Assembly: GCA_937127165.1 (NCBI GenBank)
Contig: CAKZLR010000051.1
Location: 1-53,473 of the forward strand
DNA from: an uncultured Candidatus Peregrinibacteria bacterium
GTDB taxonomy: Bacteria > Patescibacteriota > JACMRA01
DNA: 53,473 bases
Direction of reading: 5' to 3'
Part shown: piece by piece, positions 20,473-30,995 of the stretch
Layout of the letters: each line of letters starts with the position of its first letter
How positions within the stretch are numbered: position 1 is the first letter of the stretch
Notes under the pieces: generated by a model
What the model saw: the letters and a program-made list of their open reading frames with translations, nothing else
Told to the model about the DNA's origin: nothing
Databases searched by the model: none
Translations under genes and position numbers: made by a program

Positions 20473-21072
20473 ATGATCGGCACCAATCAAATATATGAGT
20501 TATATTTCATTCTTAATCCAGAATTATCTGCTGAGCAAATAGATACCCAGATTTCTAAAATCTCTAAACTTGTAAAAGATGAAATAGGTGGAGAAAATAT
20601 AGAAATAGAAAAACAAGGTTTAAAAAGATTAGCTTATAGAGTCAAAAAACATTACAGTGGGTCTTATGTATTAATGAATTTTGAGCTAGAACTGGAAAAT
20701 TGTAAAAAAATTGGTAGTTTGGAGAAAAAATTAAATATAGAAAAAGAGGTTCTGCGATATATAATTCTTAATCAAACTGAATTTCTTATTCAAAAATCAA
20801 AAGAAAAACCTTCAGCCACGGAAATCAAGAGTCATAATGAATTAAATAAAAAAGCTAAGAGACCTAAAGACAGAAAATGTATAGTTAAACATATGGGTTT
20901 AAGAGTAATAGATTACAAAGATGTGGATTTCTTGCAACAGTTTGTGTCTCCATATGCTAAGATTTTCCACAGGGATAAAACCGGTACCGGTGCAAAGTTT
21001 CAAAGAAAAATAGCTAAAGCAGTAAAAAGAGCCAGACATATGGCCTTAATGCCTTTTACTCCTCAGGAGTAA
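20473..21072 (+). CDS. rpsF-rpsR: fused 30S ribosomal proteins bS6-bS18
   Basis: aa 1-100 are bS6 (YELYFILNPEL, GLKRLAY.VKK...G.YVLMNF, EVLRYII); aa ~130-199 are bS18 (IDYKDVDFLQQF, KI..R.KTG..AKFQRKIAKAVKRARHMALMPF). One uninterrupted frame. Confidence 0.93.
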   Translation: MIGTNQIYELYFILNPELSAEQIDTQISKISKLVKDEIGGENIEIEKQGLKRLAYRVKKHYSGSYVLMNFELELENCKKIGSLEKKLNIEKEVLRYIILNQTEFLIQKSKEKPSATEIKSHNELNKKAKRPKDRKCIVKHMGLRVIDYKDVDFLQQFVSPYAKIFHRDKTGTGAKFQRKIAKAVKRARHMALMPFTPQE

Positions 21073-21270
21073 CTCTTGTTTAAGAGTAAAGATTTTACAT
21101 TTCAGTATTTGTTGTAGTTTACAAAGTTTAAAATCTACCTTGGTTAAGTGTTGCACTGGTGGTGGTATGTTTTTTGGGTTTGTTTAAGTTAATTTAGATT
21201 TAACCCATAAAAAACACTAGAATTTAGACATACAAACATACAAGAATATCGTCGGGATTACCATTAGTTA

Positions 21271-22455
21271 TTAGTTATTTTTCTGAAATTTGTATTTTTG
21301 CCACCATTCATCAAACTTGCCAGTGTTAATTTTTTGTCTTATTTTAGCTGTTAAATTATGATAAAATTCTAGATTATGCATTGTGGCTAATCTATAACCT
21401 AAGGTTTCTCTAGTTTTAAAGAGATGCCTTAAATAGCTTTTAGAATATTGTCTAAGCTCTGCGAAATTGGAGTTAGGATTGATTGGGTTAACGTCTGTTT
21501 CAAATTTTTTTTGTAAAATTCGTTCGGTAGTGTAAGTATTGTCATCAAGTTCAAAAAACAAGGTTCCATGCCTAGCGTTTCGGGTGGGGTAGACGCAGTC
21601 AAACAAATCAATACCATACCCCACGAATCTAACTAAGTCGGTAGGGGTTCCTACTCCCAATAAATGTTTGGGTTTGTAAGTTTCTAAAATACTAGTTTGA
21701 ATATCAACTTGGTTCCACCTGCTTTCTTCTGGTTCTGGTCCCATAGCCATACCGCCAATTGAATAACCCGGAAAATCTAGTTCTAGAATCATTTCTGCAG
21801 ACCTCTGGCGAAGATCCAAAAATCTTGCTCCTTGGGTTATACCAAAAAGAATGTTTTGTTTACCCGATTTGTCATAACCTTGTGAGCCTATCCATTTACC
21901 TTGGTGTAGTTTTATCCACTCCTTTTTGCTTCTTTTAGACCATCTAAAAGTTCTTTCAATTGCTTGTTCATTCAGCTTATAATTCGTTTCTTCTACTGGT
22001 AAATAGTCTAAAACTAAGGAAATATCGGAGTTGATGACAGTCTGAATTTGCATACTTTGTTCTGGACTAAAAAAAATCCTATCCCCACTTTCAGGTATAG
22101 TAAAGAGGATTCCTTCTTCGTTAGAAATATTATTTTTTCTGAGACTAAACATCTGAAAACCTCCAGAATCTGTTAAAATTGGTCCGTCCCAACTATTAAA
22201 TTGATGTAAACCTCCAAACTGTTTTAGCACTTTGATACCTGGTTTGAGCCATAAATGGTAAGTGTTACTGAGCAAAATTTGGGCTCCGGTGGTTTTTAAT
22301 TCCTTGTTAGTGAGAGTTTTAACTGTTCCAAGAGTGCCAATTGACATAAATGCTGGAGTATGCACAGTTCCGTGAACTAGGTTTAAGGTTCCAGTTCTAG
22401 CTTTAGTTTTTGGAGATTGCTGATGTATCTGAAAAATATTATACAAATATGCCAT
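21271..22455 (-). CDS. tgt: tRNA-guanine transglycosylase
   Basis: TPAFM..GT.GTVK, NTYHLW, LTDSGGFQ, HLLGVG.P, DLFDCVYPTRNARHG, ATMHNL. Confidence 0.96.
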   Translation of the reverse strand: MAYLYNIFQIHQQSPKTKARTGTLNLVHGTVHTPAFMSIGTLGTVKTLTNKELKTTGAQILLSNTYHLWLKPGIKVLKQFGGLHQFNSWDGPILTDSGGFQMFSLRKNNISNEEGILFTIPESGDRIFFSPEQSMQIQTVINSDISLVLDYLPVEETNYKLNEQAIERTFRWSKRSKKEWIKLHQGKWIGSQGYDKSGKQNILFGITQGARFLDLRQRSAEMILELDFPGYSIGGMAMGPEPEESRWNQVDIQTSILETYKPKHLLGVGTPTDLVRFVGYGIDLFDCVYPTRNARHGTLFFELDDNTYTTERILQKKFETDVNPINPNSNFAELRQYSKSYLRHLFKTRETLGYRLATMHNLEFYHNLTAKIRQKINTGKFDEWWQKYKFQKNN

Positions 22456-22682
22456 AACTGATGACAGTGGTTGAATTACTTTGTCTTTTTGGTCAAATAC
22501 TCAAAAAGTTTATTTTATCGATCATTCGGAACTAGCCTAAAATTTGGAAAATTAAATTACTATAAGTAGGGATTTAAATTGTTCTGTTTTTTGAGCATGT
22601 TAGTATTACTAAATTTAGATACAACTTAATGGCAATATTATATAACAATGTTGATTATAATTTGACTGTAATAATAATAAAA

Positions 22683-22711
22683 TTGACACAAAGCTGATTC
22701 TTGGCTAGAAT
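22683..22711 (+). promoter_or_regulatory. sigma70-type promoter for mscS
   Basis: TTGACA-N17-TAGAAT, 35 nt before the ATG. Confidence 0.75.
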
Positions 22712-22746
22712 CACCCTTTCTCTTTTAAAGAATTTTTATTATCATT

Positions 22747-23847
22747 ATGTTTAGTAAATTCGATGCTTATTTAGAAAGTATACCTTTTTTTAATTTAACA
22801 ATCTTTGGCAATACTTTAGCTAAGTATATTGTTGCAATTATAATTTTTACCTTTATTTTTATATTTTCACATTTTACTAAAAAAACACTACAAGGCAAAA
22901 TTAATGAGTATGAAAATCAGGATAAAAATAAACTAATTCATATTTTACACAATTTAATCTCGGTAATTAACTTACCTTTTTACTTTATTGTCTCTCTGTA
23001 TTTTTCTCTCAGATATTTAGACATAAGTCCTACACTGAATACTTATCTGACAATATGTATTACTACTGTGATTTACTTTTATTTAGGTTTAGGTTTACAA
23101 AAAGCAGTAGAGTCGATTTTAGATGCTTTGACTACCGCTGAAGGAGGGGAGGAAACCAATAATAATGGTAAAAATAACTTAGATCCGGGAACTGCAGATT
23201 TTTTAGGAAAATTTATTTCCATTATTATCTGGACAATTCTGTTTTTGATTATTCTTCAAAATTTAGGGTTTGATATAACTGCCTTACTTGGTGGTTTAGG
23301 GATTGCTGGTATTATCGTTGCTTTTGCTATGCAAAACATATTGTCTGATATTTTTACTTATTTTACAATCAACCTTGATAAACCGTTCAAAAAAGGAGAT
23401 TTTATTATAGTTGGGAACGATATGGGAACTGTTACAAATGTAGGCATCAAAAACACCAGAATAAAAACTTTGCAGGGACAAGATTTAGTAATAACTAACA
23501 AAGAATTGACTAATTCAAGAATCAACAATTATACCAACATGGAAAGACGAAGGGTTGTGATTAAATTTGGTGTAACTTATTCCACTTCCGTGGAACACTT
23601 AACACAGATACCAGTCTACATCAAAGATATTATAGATGCTAAACAAATAACCACTTTTGATCGAGCTCATCTGAAAGAGCTAGGGGAATATAGCATCAAT
23701 TTTGAAGTCGTATATCATGTGGAGACACCTATTTACGACAGTTATATGGATATCAATCAAGAGATTTTACTCGAGCTAATCAAGAAATTTAGAGATGAAA
23801 AAATCGATTTTGCTTTTCCTACTTCTACTGTGTATTTGGTAAAATAG
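22747..23847 (+). CDS. mscS: small-conductance mechanosensitive channel family protein
   Basis: ALLGGLGIAGIIVAFAMQNILSD, DKPFKKGDFI, IGIKNTRIKT, IDFAFPT. Confidence 0.92.
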   Translation: MFSKFDAYLESIPFFNLTIFGNTLAKYIVAIIIFTFIFIFSHFTKKTLQGKINEYENQDKNKLIHILHNLISVINLPFYFIVSLYFSLRYLDISPTLNTYLTICITTVIYFYLGLGLQKAVESILDALTTAEGGEETNNNGKNNLDPGTADFLGKFISIIIWTILFLIILQNLGFDITALLGGLGIAGIIVAFAMQNILSDIFTYFTINLDKPFKKGDFIIVGNDMGTVTNVGIKNTRIKTLQGQDLVITNKELTNSRINNYTNMERRRVVIKFGVTYSTSVEHLTQIPVYIKDIIDAKQITTFDRAHLKELGEYSINFEVVYHVETPIYDSYMDINQEILLELIKKFRDEKIDFAFPTSTVYLVK

Positions 23848-24167
23848 AGTGGGTTAAAAGAAAATAAAATTAGGGGAATAAAATTTATTTTAAGAGATAA
23901 CTTAATTTCATACAGCAATCTGGAAACATAGGGTAATGTAAAAACAAACAGGTAAATTCAAATTAATTAAAGTTTAATTACACTCTATTCTAGATTATCT
24001 TTAATTTACAAAGAAAGTAATTAATAGACTTGAACGGCTTGAAAGAAGTTTTACAAATATCAGTAAAGTAGTTAAAGAAACTAAATTAGTCGAATTAAAC
24101 AAGCTGATATGGATAAAAAACCTAGTCTTATAAGGTAATTATAAGGTAAAATTAAAAATATAAGAAT

Positions 24168-25214
24168 TTACATCAACCTAATTACCGCATCATCATCAAA
24201 ATTTCTGATAAAATCCTTACCTTTTGGGGTTAGTTTACGACCGCTACTGTCTTTTTCAACAAAGCCAAGATGGATCAAAAACGGCTCATTAACCAATTCC
24301 AAAGTCTCACTCTCCTCCATTAAAATAGCACTGAGTGAAGATAAGGACAAACTACCATTTTGTAGAGCTCTAAGATAAGCTAAGTCAGTTTTAGTTAGGC
24401 CTTTTTCGTAGATACCAAGTTTAAGCAAAAATTCCTCGGCTTTAGCTCTGTCAATTTCCGTTAACTTATTTACAGTCTGTAAATCTACAAATCTTTTGAG
24501 GATATTATTAGCAATACGAGGCACTCCTCTAGATCGTCGACAAATCAACATTTTTGCCTCATCTGTCATTTTCAGGTTTAAAATTTTAGTATTTCTTTCC
24601 ACTAGTGTCAACATGTCGCTTTCGGAATATGGATCTAATCGAAATATGGTTGTAAAACGATCTCGTAAAGGTTTAGACAATTTACCAATCTGAGTTGTGG
24701 CTCCAACTAAGACAAAAGGCTCTAAATCAATTTTCATTGTAGTTGCTCCCTGACCCTTACCAATCAAAATATCTACTTTACCATCTTCCATTGCACTGTA
24801 CAAAGACTCTTCCAACGGGGCTCTAAGTCTGTGGACCTCGTCAATGAACAAGACCGTGTTTGGCTCCAAATTTACTAACAAACTTACCAAGTCACCAACT
24901 TTCTGTAGGTTGGTTGCGGTTACCGTTTTTAATTTGCATTTTAATTCAGTCGAGATAAGGCTTGCCAAAGTGGTTTTACCAAGACCAGGAGGTCCATAAA
25001 ATAAAATATGTTCTGGCAAAGTATTTCTTATTTTGGCAGAATTAAGAATCAGACTAAGCTGAGCAATCAGTTTTTCTTGTCCAATATATTCAGCTAAACA
25101 TTTAGGCCGTAATTTTAAGCTATCATTTTTTTCTACTAAAATCGTTATCTCTTCTACTACTTGAGAATTGTTTTTTTTTGCTTGTAATACCTTATTATCC
25201 GAGGAAATAATCAT
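24168..25214 (-). CDS. ruvB: Holliday junction branch migration helicase RuvB
   Basis: LRPK.LAEYIGQ, HILFYGPPGLGKTTLA, LFIDEVHRL, GATT..G.LSKPLRDRF, RSRGVPRIAN. Confidence 0.97.
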   Translation of the reverse strand: MIISSDNKVLQAKKNNSQVVEEITILVEKNDSLKLRPKCLAEYIGQEKLIAQLSLILNSAKIRNTLPEHILFYGPPGLGKTTLASLISTELKCKLKTVTATNLQKVGDLVSLLVNLEPNTVLFIDEVHRLRAPLEESLYSAMEDGKVDILIGKGQGATTMKIDLEPFVLVGATTQIGKLSKPLRDRFTTIFRLDPYSESDMLTLVERNTKILNLKMTDEAKMLICRRSRGVPRIANNILKRFVDLQTVNKLTEIDRAKAEEFLLKLGIYEKGLTKTDLAYLRALQNGSLSLSSLSAILMEESETLELVNEPFLIHLGFVEKDSSGRKLTPKGKDFIRNFDDDAVIRLM

Positions 25215-25225
25215 AGTTTTCTAAA

Positions 25226-25247
25226 ACTACTAACTATAGTTAGTAGT
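25226..25247. promoter_or_regulatory. perfect 22-bp palindrome, candidate operator upstream of ruvB
   Basis: ACTACTAACTATAGTTAGTAGT is its own reverse complement and lies between a TTGACA box and the ruvB ATG. Confidence 0.5.
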
Positions 25248-25487
25248 AACTAAAGTCTAAACTACCTAATTTGTCAAACTTTTAGTCAAATAGTTTATAA
25301 GTACTCACTACGCTTGTTACAAAACTTTTTTAACGTTCAAAAAAAGTTTGTTTTATATAATTTGTTCTTTAATATTTGATTAGACAAGAATATCGCACTT
25401 AAACTAAAACAGATAGATAATATTTGAAAATGGTATTCCAAGTGGTAAATTAATCTTTAAAATATTTTTTCCTGACATTTATATCTT

Positions 25488-27599
25488 TTACTTTATTTCT
25501 AGAATTTTTTGGATATAATTAACTACTTGACTTGTCTTATAGTAAATGAAACCGGTTTGTGCAGCTAAATTAAGATTTTGAATAGTTTGGGTGAATAGTT
25601 CTGGTTGGCTGGTTTGTTTGGCCAACTTTTGCCAGTATTGTGGAACAGAAATTAACGGTTCTCCAACTAACCAAATTTCTGCAAAGTTTGGACAGTTTTT
25701 TTGAGAATTTACAAATCCAAAGTCTCCAATTCTTATGTTTATAATACCAACAAAATTTCTGATCAACTTGGAGTAAATTTTAGTTAGGCTGCCAGATTCA
25801 CCTAAAGACAAATAATCGTTTGGACGGAAGTTATCTGTGAGACTCTTTTGAATTTTTTTAAGAGCGAAGTTGTTTCCGCTAAGAATTAGTACAGGGGACT
25901 GTTTTTCTGTAGCCAAATTGTGTTTCTCTTGGAGAAAATCAACTAAAGATGGAATATTTTTGGTTACAAAAGTTTTAATATTTTGATTGTGATAAATAAT
26001 TTTTGGATTAAAATTGTTGAAAATATCAGTTAAATCGGCAACATCTAAAAGTAGTTTAAAATCGCTTTCGGAAAGATAAGTTTGAATTTGTAAGTTTTGA
26101 AAACGACTAAAAAACTCAATAAAATAGTCACTTAATTCAAAATCAAGTTTAATTTTGGAAACTACAAGTTTTTGGTTGGTAAATTTTAGAGAAAGATTAG
26201 TGTTTGTGTCCCAAGATCGAATTTGTTTTAAAAAAGAATTGATTTTTTTAGCTACCTTTTTTTCCAATTCTTTGCTTTCTTTGCTTGCCTCAAAGAGAGG
26301 TAGATCCTTGATTGAATTGAACAAAAAGATTAATTTTTGTTTTAAGATTGTTTCGTTGCCTACTATATCATTTGGTTTATACCAATATTGGTAATTATTT
26401 AATGCCCAAAAAGGCTCCATAGCAAACAAGAAAAAGTCGTATCCAGCAAGCACTTTGGTAATTTGTTTGTGTTGATTTTTTGGGTTAATTTTTTGCCAGA
26501 CTTCCAAAAGCCATATAAATCTACCAAGATCGAGTGTTTCTTCGGAAAGACTTTTAATTTGCCACAAAATATCTTCAAATCTGTCCAATATACAATTAAA
26601 TTGTGGTTGCTTAAAAACCACCTCTTCTTCAAAATCTTCTTCAAAAGAATCAAACAAACATTCTACAAAAATTTTTTCTAAGTGAGAGTGGGTGTGTAGT
26701 TTAAAATGGTTGAAAAGGTTGTTGTTTTTATACACTATACTAGTATAGACAGCTGCCAGAATTATTTTTAATTCAAGCTCTATTGGGCTTTGAAGAAGGT
26801 CTAAAATCTGGTCAATCCAGGCTTGTTTTGGTTGTGAACAAATATAGTTTAATTTTTCCGATAGGCTATGAGATATAGTTTCGCCAAGTAAATTAATTTT
26901 TGTTTGATTGTTTTGGTGGTGGTTATGCGGGTTTAGGTTTAGTTCAAGAGGTTTAGGGTTGGAATAATATTCTATTTTTAATGGTAAAATTTCATTTTGT
27001 AAAAAATTGTATAATTCTCGAGCAAAATTCTGTTTTTTTAAAAAACTGACAATCTTTTGTAACAGAGCTGCAGTACACCATGTATCATACAAAGCCCTGT
27101 GAGTTTGACTAGGGTTTGGTTTAGTGAGATGTCTTTTTTCTGTAAAAAAAGCTGATAGATTTAGCTTTTCGACTAAAGATTCTAGATTTACTGCAGGCAG
27201 AAAAGTAAAGAGAATTTTGGTTGCTTGTAGAGTATCGATTACTTTAGCTTTTTCTGGTAAAAACCAATCTTCAGCTTTCAAGAATTTTAGATCAAAATCT
27301 ATTGAATGACCACAAATAACTCGACAATCTGATTGATGCTTATCCAACCAATTTGCCCAATTTTTTTGAGCATCAGCTATTTTTGGAGAACTACTCAGTT
27401 GTAATTCGGTGATACCAGTTAGTCTAGTGATTTTTTCATCAAGAGGCTTTCGATTTTGGACCAAAGTTTCAAATTGGTCAATTACTTGAATTTCCAATGT
27501 GACTACATCCAAATTTGCAATTATTCCTGCAATTTCTATGACTTGACCAGACAAAGGAGTTAGGTTGCTAGTTTCGCAGTCTAAAAAGAGAATTTTCAT
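25488..27599 (-). CDS. DEDDh 3'-5' exonuclease fused to a degenerate DinG-like helicase region
   Basis: FLDCET (Exo I), GHSIDFDLKFL (Exo II), HRALYDT (Exo III). The C-terminus resembles DinG Helicase_C_2 but there is no Walker A/DEAH. Start moved to ATG 27599. Confidence 0.75.
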   Translation of the reverse strand: MKILFLDCETSNLTPLSGQVIEIAGIIANLDVVTLEIQVIDQFETLVQNRKPLDEKITRLTGITELQLSSSPKIADAQKNWANWLDKHQSDCRVICGHSIDFDLKFLKAEDWFLPEKAKVIDTLQATKILFTFLPAVNLESLVEKLNLSAFFTEKRHLTKPNPSQTHRALYDTWCTAALLQKIVSFLKKQNFARELYNFLQNEILPLKIEYYSNPKPLELNLNPHNHHQNNQTKINLLGETISHSLSEKLNYICSQPKQAWIDQILDLLQSPIELELKIILAAVYTSIVYKNNNLFNHFKLHTHSHLEKIFVECLFDSFEEDFEEEVVFKQPQFNCILDRFEDILWQIKSLSEETLDLGRFIWLLEVWQKINPKNQHKQITKVLAGYDFFLFAMEPFWALNNYQYWYKPNDIVGNETILKQKLIFLFNSIKDLPLFEASKESKELEKKVAKKINSFLKQIRSWDTNTNLSLKFTNQKLVVSKIKLDFELSDYFIEFFSRFQNLQIQTYLSESDFKLLLDVADLTDIFNNFNPKIIYHNQNIKTFVTKNIPSLVDFLQEKHNLATEKQSPVLILSGNNFALKKIQKSLTDNFRPNDYLSLGESGSLTKIYSKLIRNFVGIINIRIGDFGFVNSQKNCPNFAEIWLVGEPLISVPQYWQKLAKQTSQPELFTQTIQNLNLAAQTGFIYYKTSQVVNYIQKILEIK

Positions 27600-27608
27600 A
27601 TTAAACAC

Positions 27609-27637
27609 AACATACAAGTATTAACTTGAAAAGTCAA
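27609..27637 (-). promoter_or_regulatory. sigma70-type promoter giving a near-leaderless mRNA
   Basis: Minus strand TTGACT-N17-TATGTT; the -10 box ends 9 nt before ATG 27599. Confidence 0.5.
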
Positions 27638-27718
27638 ACTAGATTTAAACTAGACTAAAAATAATTTTAATCACAAAACGATTGTATGCTTACAAAGTGT
27701 GAGAGAACTGTTACACAT

Positions 27719-29293
27719 TTACCTAATAAAAAACAAAGTTAGAGTAATTAAAGTTAAAAAACTTAAACTTACAATCACTAAATATCTTAAGATTTTTCCC
27801 TCGCCCTCACTAATTCCCACCGTAGCCATAGCCGCCAAAATGTTACTAATAGCAAACATATTACCAAAAGCACTACCTACTATTTGACCTACAACTAAGA
27901 CTGGGCGTTCATAGTTTAACATATTATTAATTTCTAACTGTAAGGAAGTAAAAAGTAGATTAGAAACTGTACTAGAACCTGTTAAAAAAGCACCTAAAGC
28001 ACCAATCAGTGGTGAAATAAAAATAAAATTGTCACCTGCCAACGTAACTATTCCATCAGACATTACTCGAATCATACTAGACATATCACTGTTGCTATTA
28101 GAATCAAATCTTAACAGCTCAACCAAAGCTAGTGCTGAACATAAAGTGATAATGGCTGGAACTAGTTTTTTCCAAGTCTCTCGAAGAGTGTGTTTAGTGT
28201 TTTCTAACTTAGCTTTAAAAAACCAAAGACAAAATATACACACAGGTAAAAATGGTAACAAACCGGGAATCATCAAAGGAGTGATATTATAAGTTAAGTT
28301 CTGCACTTCCAGAAAATCTGGAATAACTATTTTTATATTACTTAAAAAATCGCGAATTCCAAAACTTCTAACTCTAGTAATAATTAAAATCAGAGAAATT
28401 AGTAGGTACGGAAACCATGCCTTCAAAAACTCTTTTTTGGATACAAGTTTTTGTTCCTTTGCCACAGTTTCTAAATTTTCTGCTAAAAGAATATCTTTTG
28501 GAGTCAGCCAGTTATTTTTTGCTAGTAACACAAGTACTAGAATAGTAACCAAACCTCCGACAATTGAAGGAATTTCCACTCCTAAAAAAATAGCACTAAC
28601 AGAGTAAGTTACTAAAAACACGATTGCTGATAACAAAGTAAAGGGCATGATTTGAAAAACTGCTCGCCATCCACTAACTTTACGAAGAAGTTTGAGGTAA
28701 ACGATCATACCTACTATTGGCACCAATATACCAACTAAAAAATGTATTAATACAGAATTTTGTAATAACCAATGTTTATCTATTGGCTCTACTAAACCCA
28801 AAGTTGCAAGCATAGGAGTTCCACTAGCTCCGAAAGTAACTGCTGTAGAATTAAAAATAAGACTAATGATCACAGTAAATATAGGAGTAAAACCTAGACT
28901 AACTAACAAAGGTGCAACGATGGCAGCGGGAGTGCCGAAACCTGCAATACCTTCTAGAAAATTGGAAAAAGCATAGCCTACAATTAATAATTGAACTCTA
29001 GCATCTTTATGAATATTTGAAAGGCTAAGCTGGATTACCTGAATTTGTTTGGTTTTTAGTAGAATTTGTAATAACCAAATGGCTCCAAATATGATTAGCA
29101 AAATTTCTATGGCTTTTAGAGTACCTACCAGCCAAATAACCAAAACTTCAAAAATTGAATTTTTCCAGACAAGTATAGAAATTATACTAGTTAGTAGTAG
29201 ACCAATTGGCAAAACTTTTTTAGCAGGTAAATTAAAGACTGACATGGATACGACAACCCATATAATAGGTAAAACTGACCAAAAGAAAAACAT
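27719..29293 (-). CDS. lctP: L-lactate permease
   Basis: IIFGAIWLL, DARVQLLIVGYAFSNFLEGIAGFGTPAAIVAPLL, VTFGASGTP, GAFLTGSSTVSNLLF. Start moved to ATG 29293. Confidence 0.92.
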   Translation of the reverse strand: MFFFWSVLPIIWVVVSMSVFNLPAKKVLPIGLLLTSIISILVWKNSIFEVLVIWLVGTLKAIEILLIIFGAIWLLQILLKTKQIQVIQLSLSNIHKDARVQLLIVGYAFSNFLEGIAGFGTPAAIVAPLLVSLGFTPIFTVIISLIFNSTAVTFGASGTPMLATLGLVEPIDKHWLLQNSVLIHFLVGILVPIVGMIVYLKLLRKVSGWRAVFQIMPFTLLSAIVFLVTYSVSAIFLGVEIPSIVGGLVTILVLVLLAKNNWLTPKDILLAENLETVAKEQKLVSKKEFLKAWFPYLLISLILIITRVRSFGIRDFLSNIKIVIPDFLEVQNLTYNITPLMIPGLLPFLPVCIFCLWFFKAKLENTKHTLRETWKKLVPAIITLCSALALVELLRFDSNSNSDMSSMIRVMSDGIVTLAGDNFIFISPLIGALGAFLTGSSTVSNLLFTSLQLEINNMLNYERPVLVVGQIVGSAFGNMFAISNILAAMATVGISEGEGKILRYLVIVSLSFLTLITLTLFFIR

Positions 29294-29723
29294 AAACAAT
29301 TTAGAATTTAAAAGAGGTTTAAGATCATTCAGATCTATTTTTAAAAAGATTGAACTCTTACCTGTTTTGAAAGAAAGGGGTCGTAAACTGATCGTTAATA
29401 AATTTTGTATAATGTAACTACAACCCAAACATACTGATCTTTTAGGATAATTATGAAATGATGTTTTGTTTTCAACAAACAAATTTTAGCAAATAACTAG
29501 CTGCTAATTTACCAAGCCAAAAATTTTTGGTACATATACCTTTCATTGGCATGTCTTTAGTAATTGTAAACACTCTCTTTGGTTAAGCTTTTTGTAGATA
29601 CAATACAAAAGAATCTGACAGTTTTACTAAACTAAAAGCTATTTTTTAATAGGATAAAATAACTGTTACATTTACAAGCTTATTGAGACTATGGCTAAAG
29701 TTGGTTCATGTCCCAGATGCAGT

Positions 29724-30995
29724 TTATATCCAACCTCTATCTTTCATGGCGTTAACTACACGGTTGATAGCCACAATATAAGCTCCATACCTTAAACCAG
29801 CTTCATATTCCTGAGCTGTTTCCCAGCAGTTATCAAAAGCCTCAATCATAATTTCTTTAAGTTTGCTTTTTACTTCTTCAGCTTTCCAGTAATAGTTACT
29901 AGCATTCTGTACTTGTTCAAGATAGCTTACCGTCACTCCACCAGCATTCGCTAGAATATCTGGAATTATTTTTACACCTTTTTTATATAGATATTCGTCT
30001 GCATCAGGCGAGATTGGTCCATTAGCTAGTTCAACGATTATATCAGCTTGTACATTTTCTACATTTTCATGAGTGATGGAGTTTTCCAAGGCGGCCAAAA
30101 CCAAAACGTCAACTTTTAAGCTGGTTATTTCTTTGTTCTCTATTTGATCTTCAGACTCTTTGAAAGTATCGACTCTTCCGTGAATTTTTTTGTGTTCGAT
30201 TAATTCAGGAATGTCTAAACCACGGGCCGAGAAAGCCATGCTTCGAGAGTCACTCACAGCTACAACTTTATAGCCCTTTTGGTAGGCGATATTAGCAAAA
30301 ATTGATCCAGCATTACCAAAACCCTGTACGGCAATTGTGGCATCAGCTTTTAATTGTAGTTTTTTAGCCAAAGCTTCAAACACATAATAAGCTCCGTCGG
30401 CAGTAGCTGTGTCTCTACCTAAAGAACCGCCAAGAGAAACAGGCTTACCGGTTATGACACCTCGATTGTAGAAATTTTGATTCAGTTTTTCATATTCGTC
30501 CATCATCCAAGACATAATTTTGGCATTAGTATAAACATCGGGAGCGGGTATATCTATATCTGGTCCAATGTTTTTATGTATTGCTTGAATATAGCCTCGC
30601 GACAATCTTTCTAACTCTGATTCGGATAATTTAGATGGGTCAACGATAATTCCACCTTTACCACCACCTAGAGGAATATTTACAACCGCACATTTCCAAG
30701 TCATCCACATACTAAGAGCTTTAACTTCGTCTTCGCTAACTTGGGGGTGAAAGCGAATACCTCCTTTGTATGGACCTCTAGCATTGTTGTGTTGACTACG
30801 AAAACCTTCAAAAACCTTAATACTACCATCGTCCATTTTTACGGGAATAGCTACTTTAAGAACTTTTTGTGGGTATTGCAAAAACTCTAAAGCATCAGAA
30901 GACAAACCAATCAAGTCAGCAACATCTTTTAAAGTTTCTACCGCACTGTGGTAGGGATTGATTTGATTGAGTAGATTGTTATTTTGATTAGCCAT
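29724..30995 (-). CDS. gdhA: Glu/Leu/Phe/Val dehydrogenase (glutamate dehydrogenase)
   Basis: [58 protein letters not shown]. Start moved to ATG 30995. Confidence 0.95.
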   Translation of the reverse strand: MANQNNNLLNQINPYHSAVETLKDVADLIGLSSDALEFLQYPQKVLKVAIPVKMDDGSIKVFEGFRSQHNNARGPYKGGIRFHPQVSEDEVKALSMWMTWKCAVVNIPLGGGKGGIIVDPSKLSESELERLSRGYIQAIHKNIGPDIDIPAPDVYTNAKIMSWMMDEYEKLNQNFYNRGVITGKPVSLGGSLGRDTATADGAYYVFEALAKKLQLKADATIAVQGFGNAGSIFANIAYQKGYKVVAVSDSRSMAFSARGLDIPELIEHKKIHGRVDTFKESEDQIENKEITSLKVDVLVLAALENSITHENVENVQADIIVELANGPISPDADEYLYKKGVKIIPDILANAGGVTVSYLEQVQNASNYYWKAEEVKSKLKEIMIEAFDNCWETAQEYEAGLRYGAYIVAINRVVNAMKDRGWI

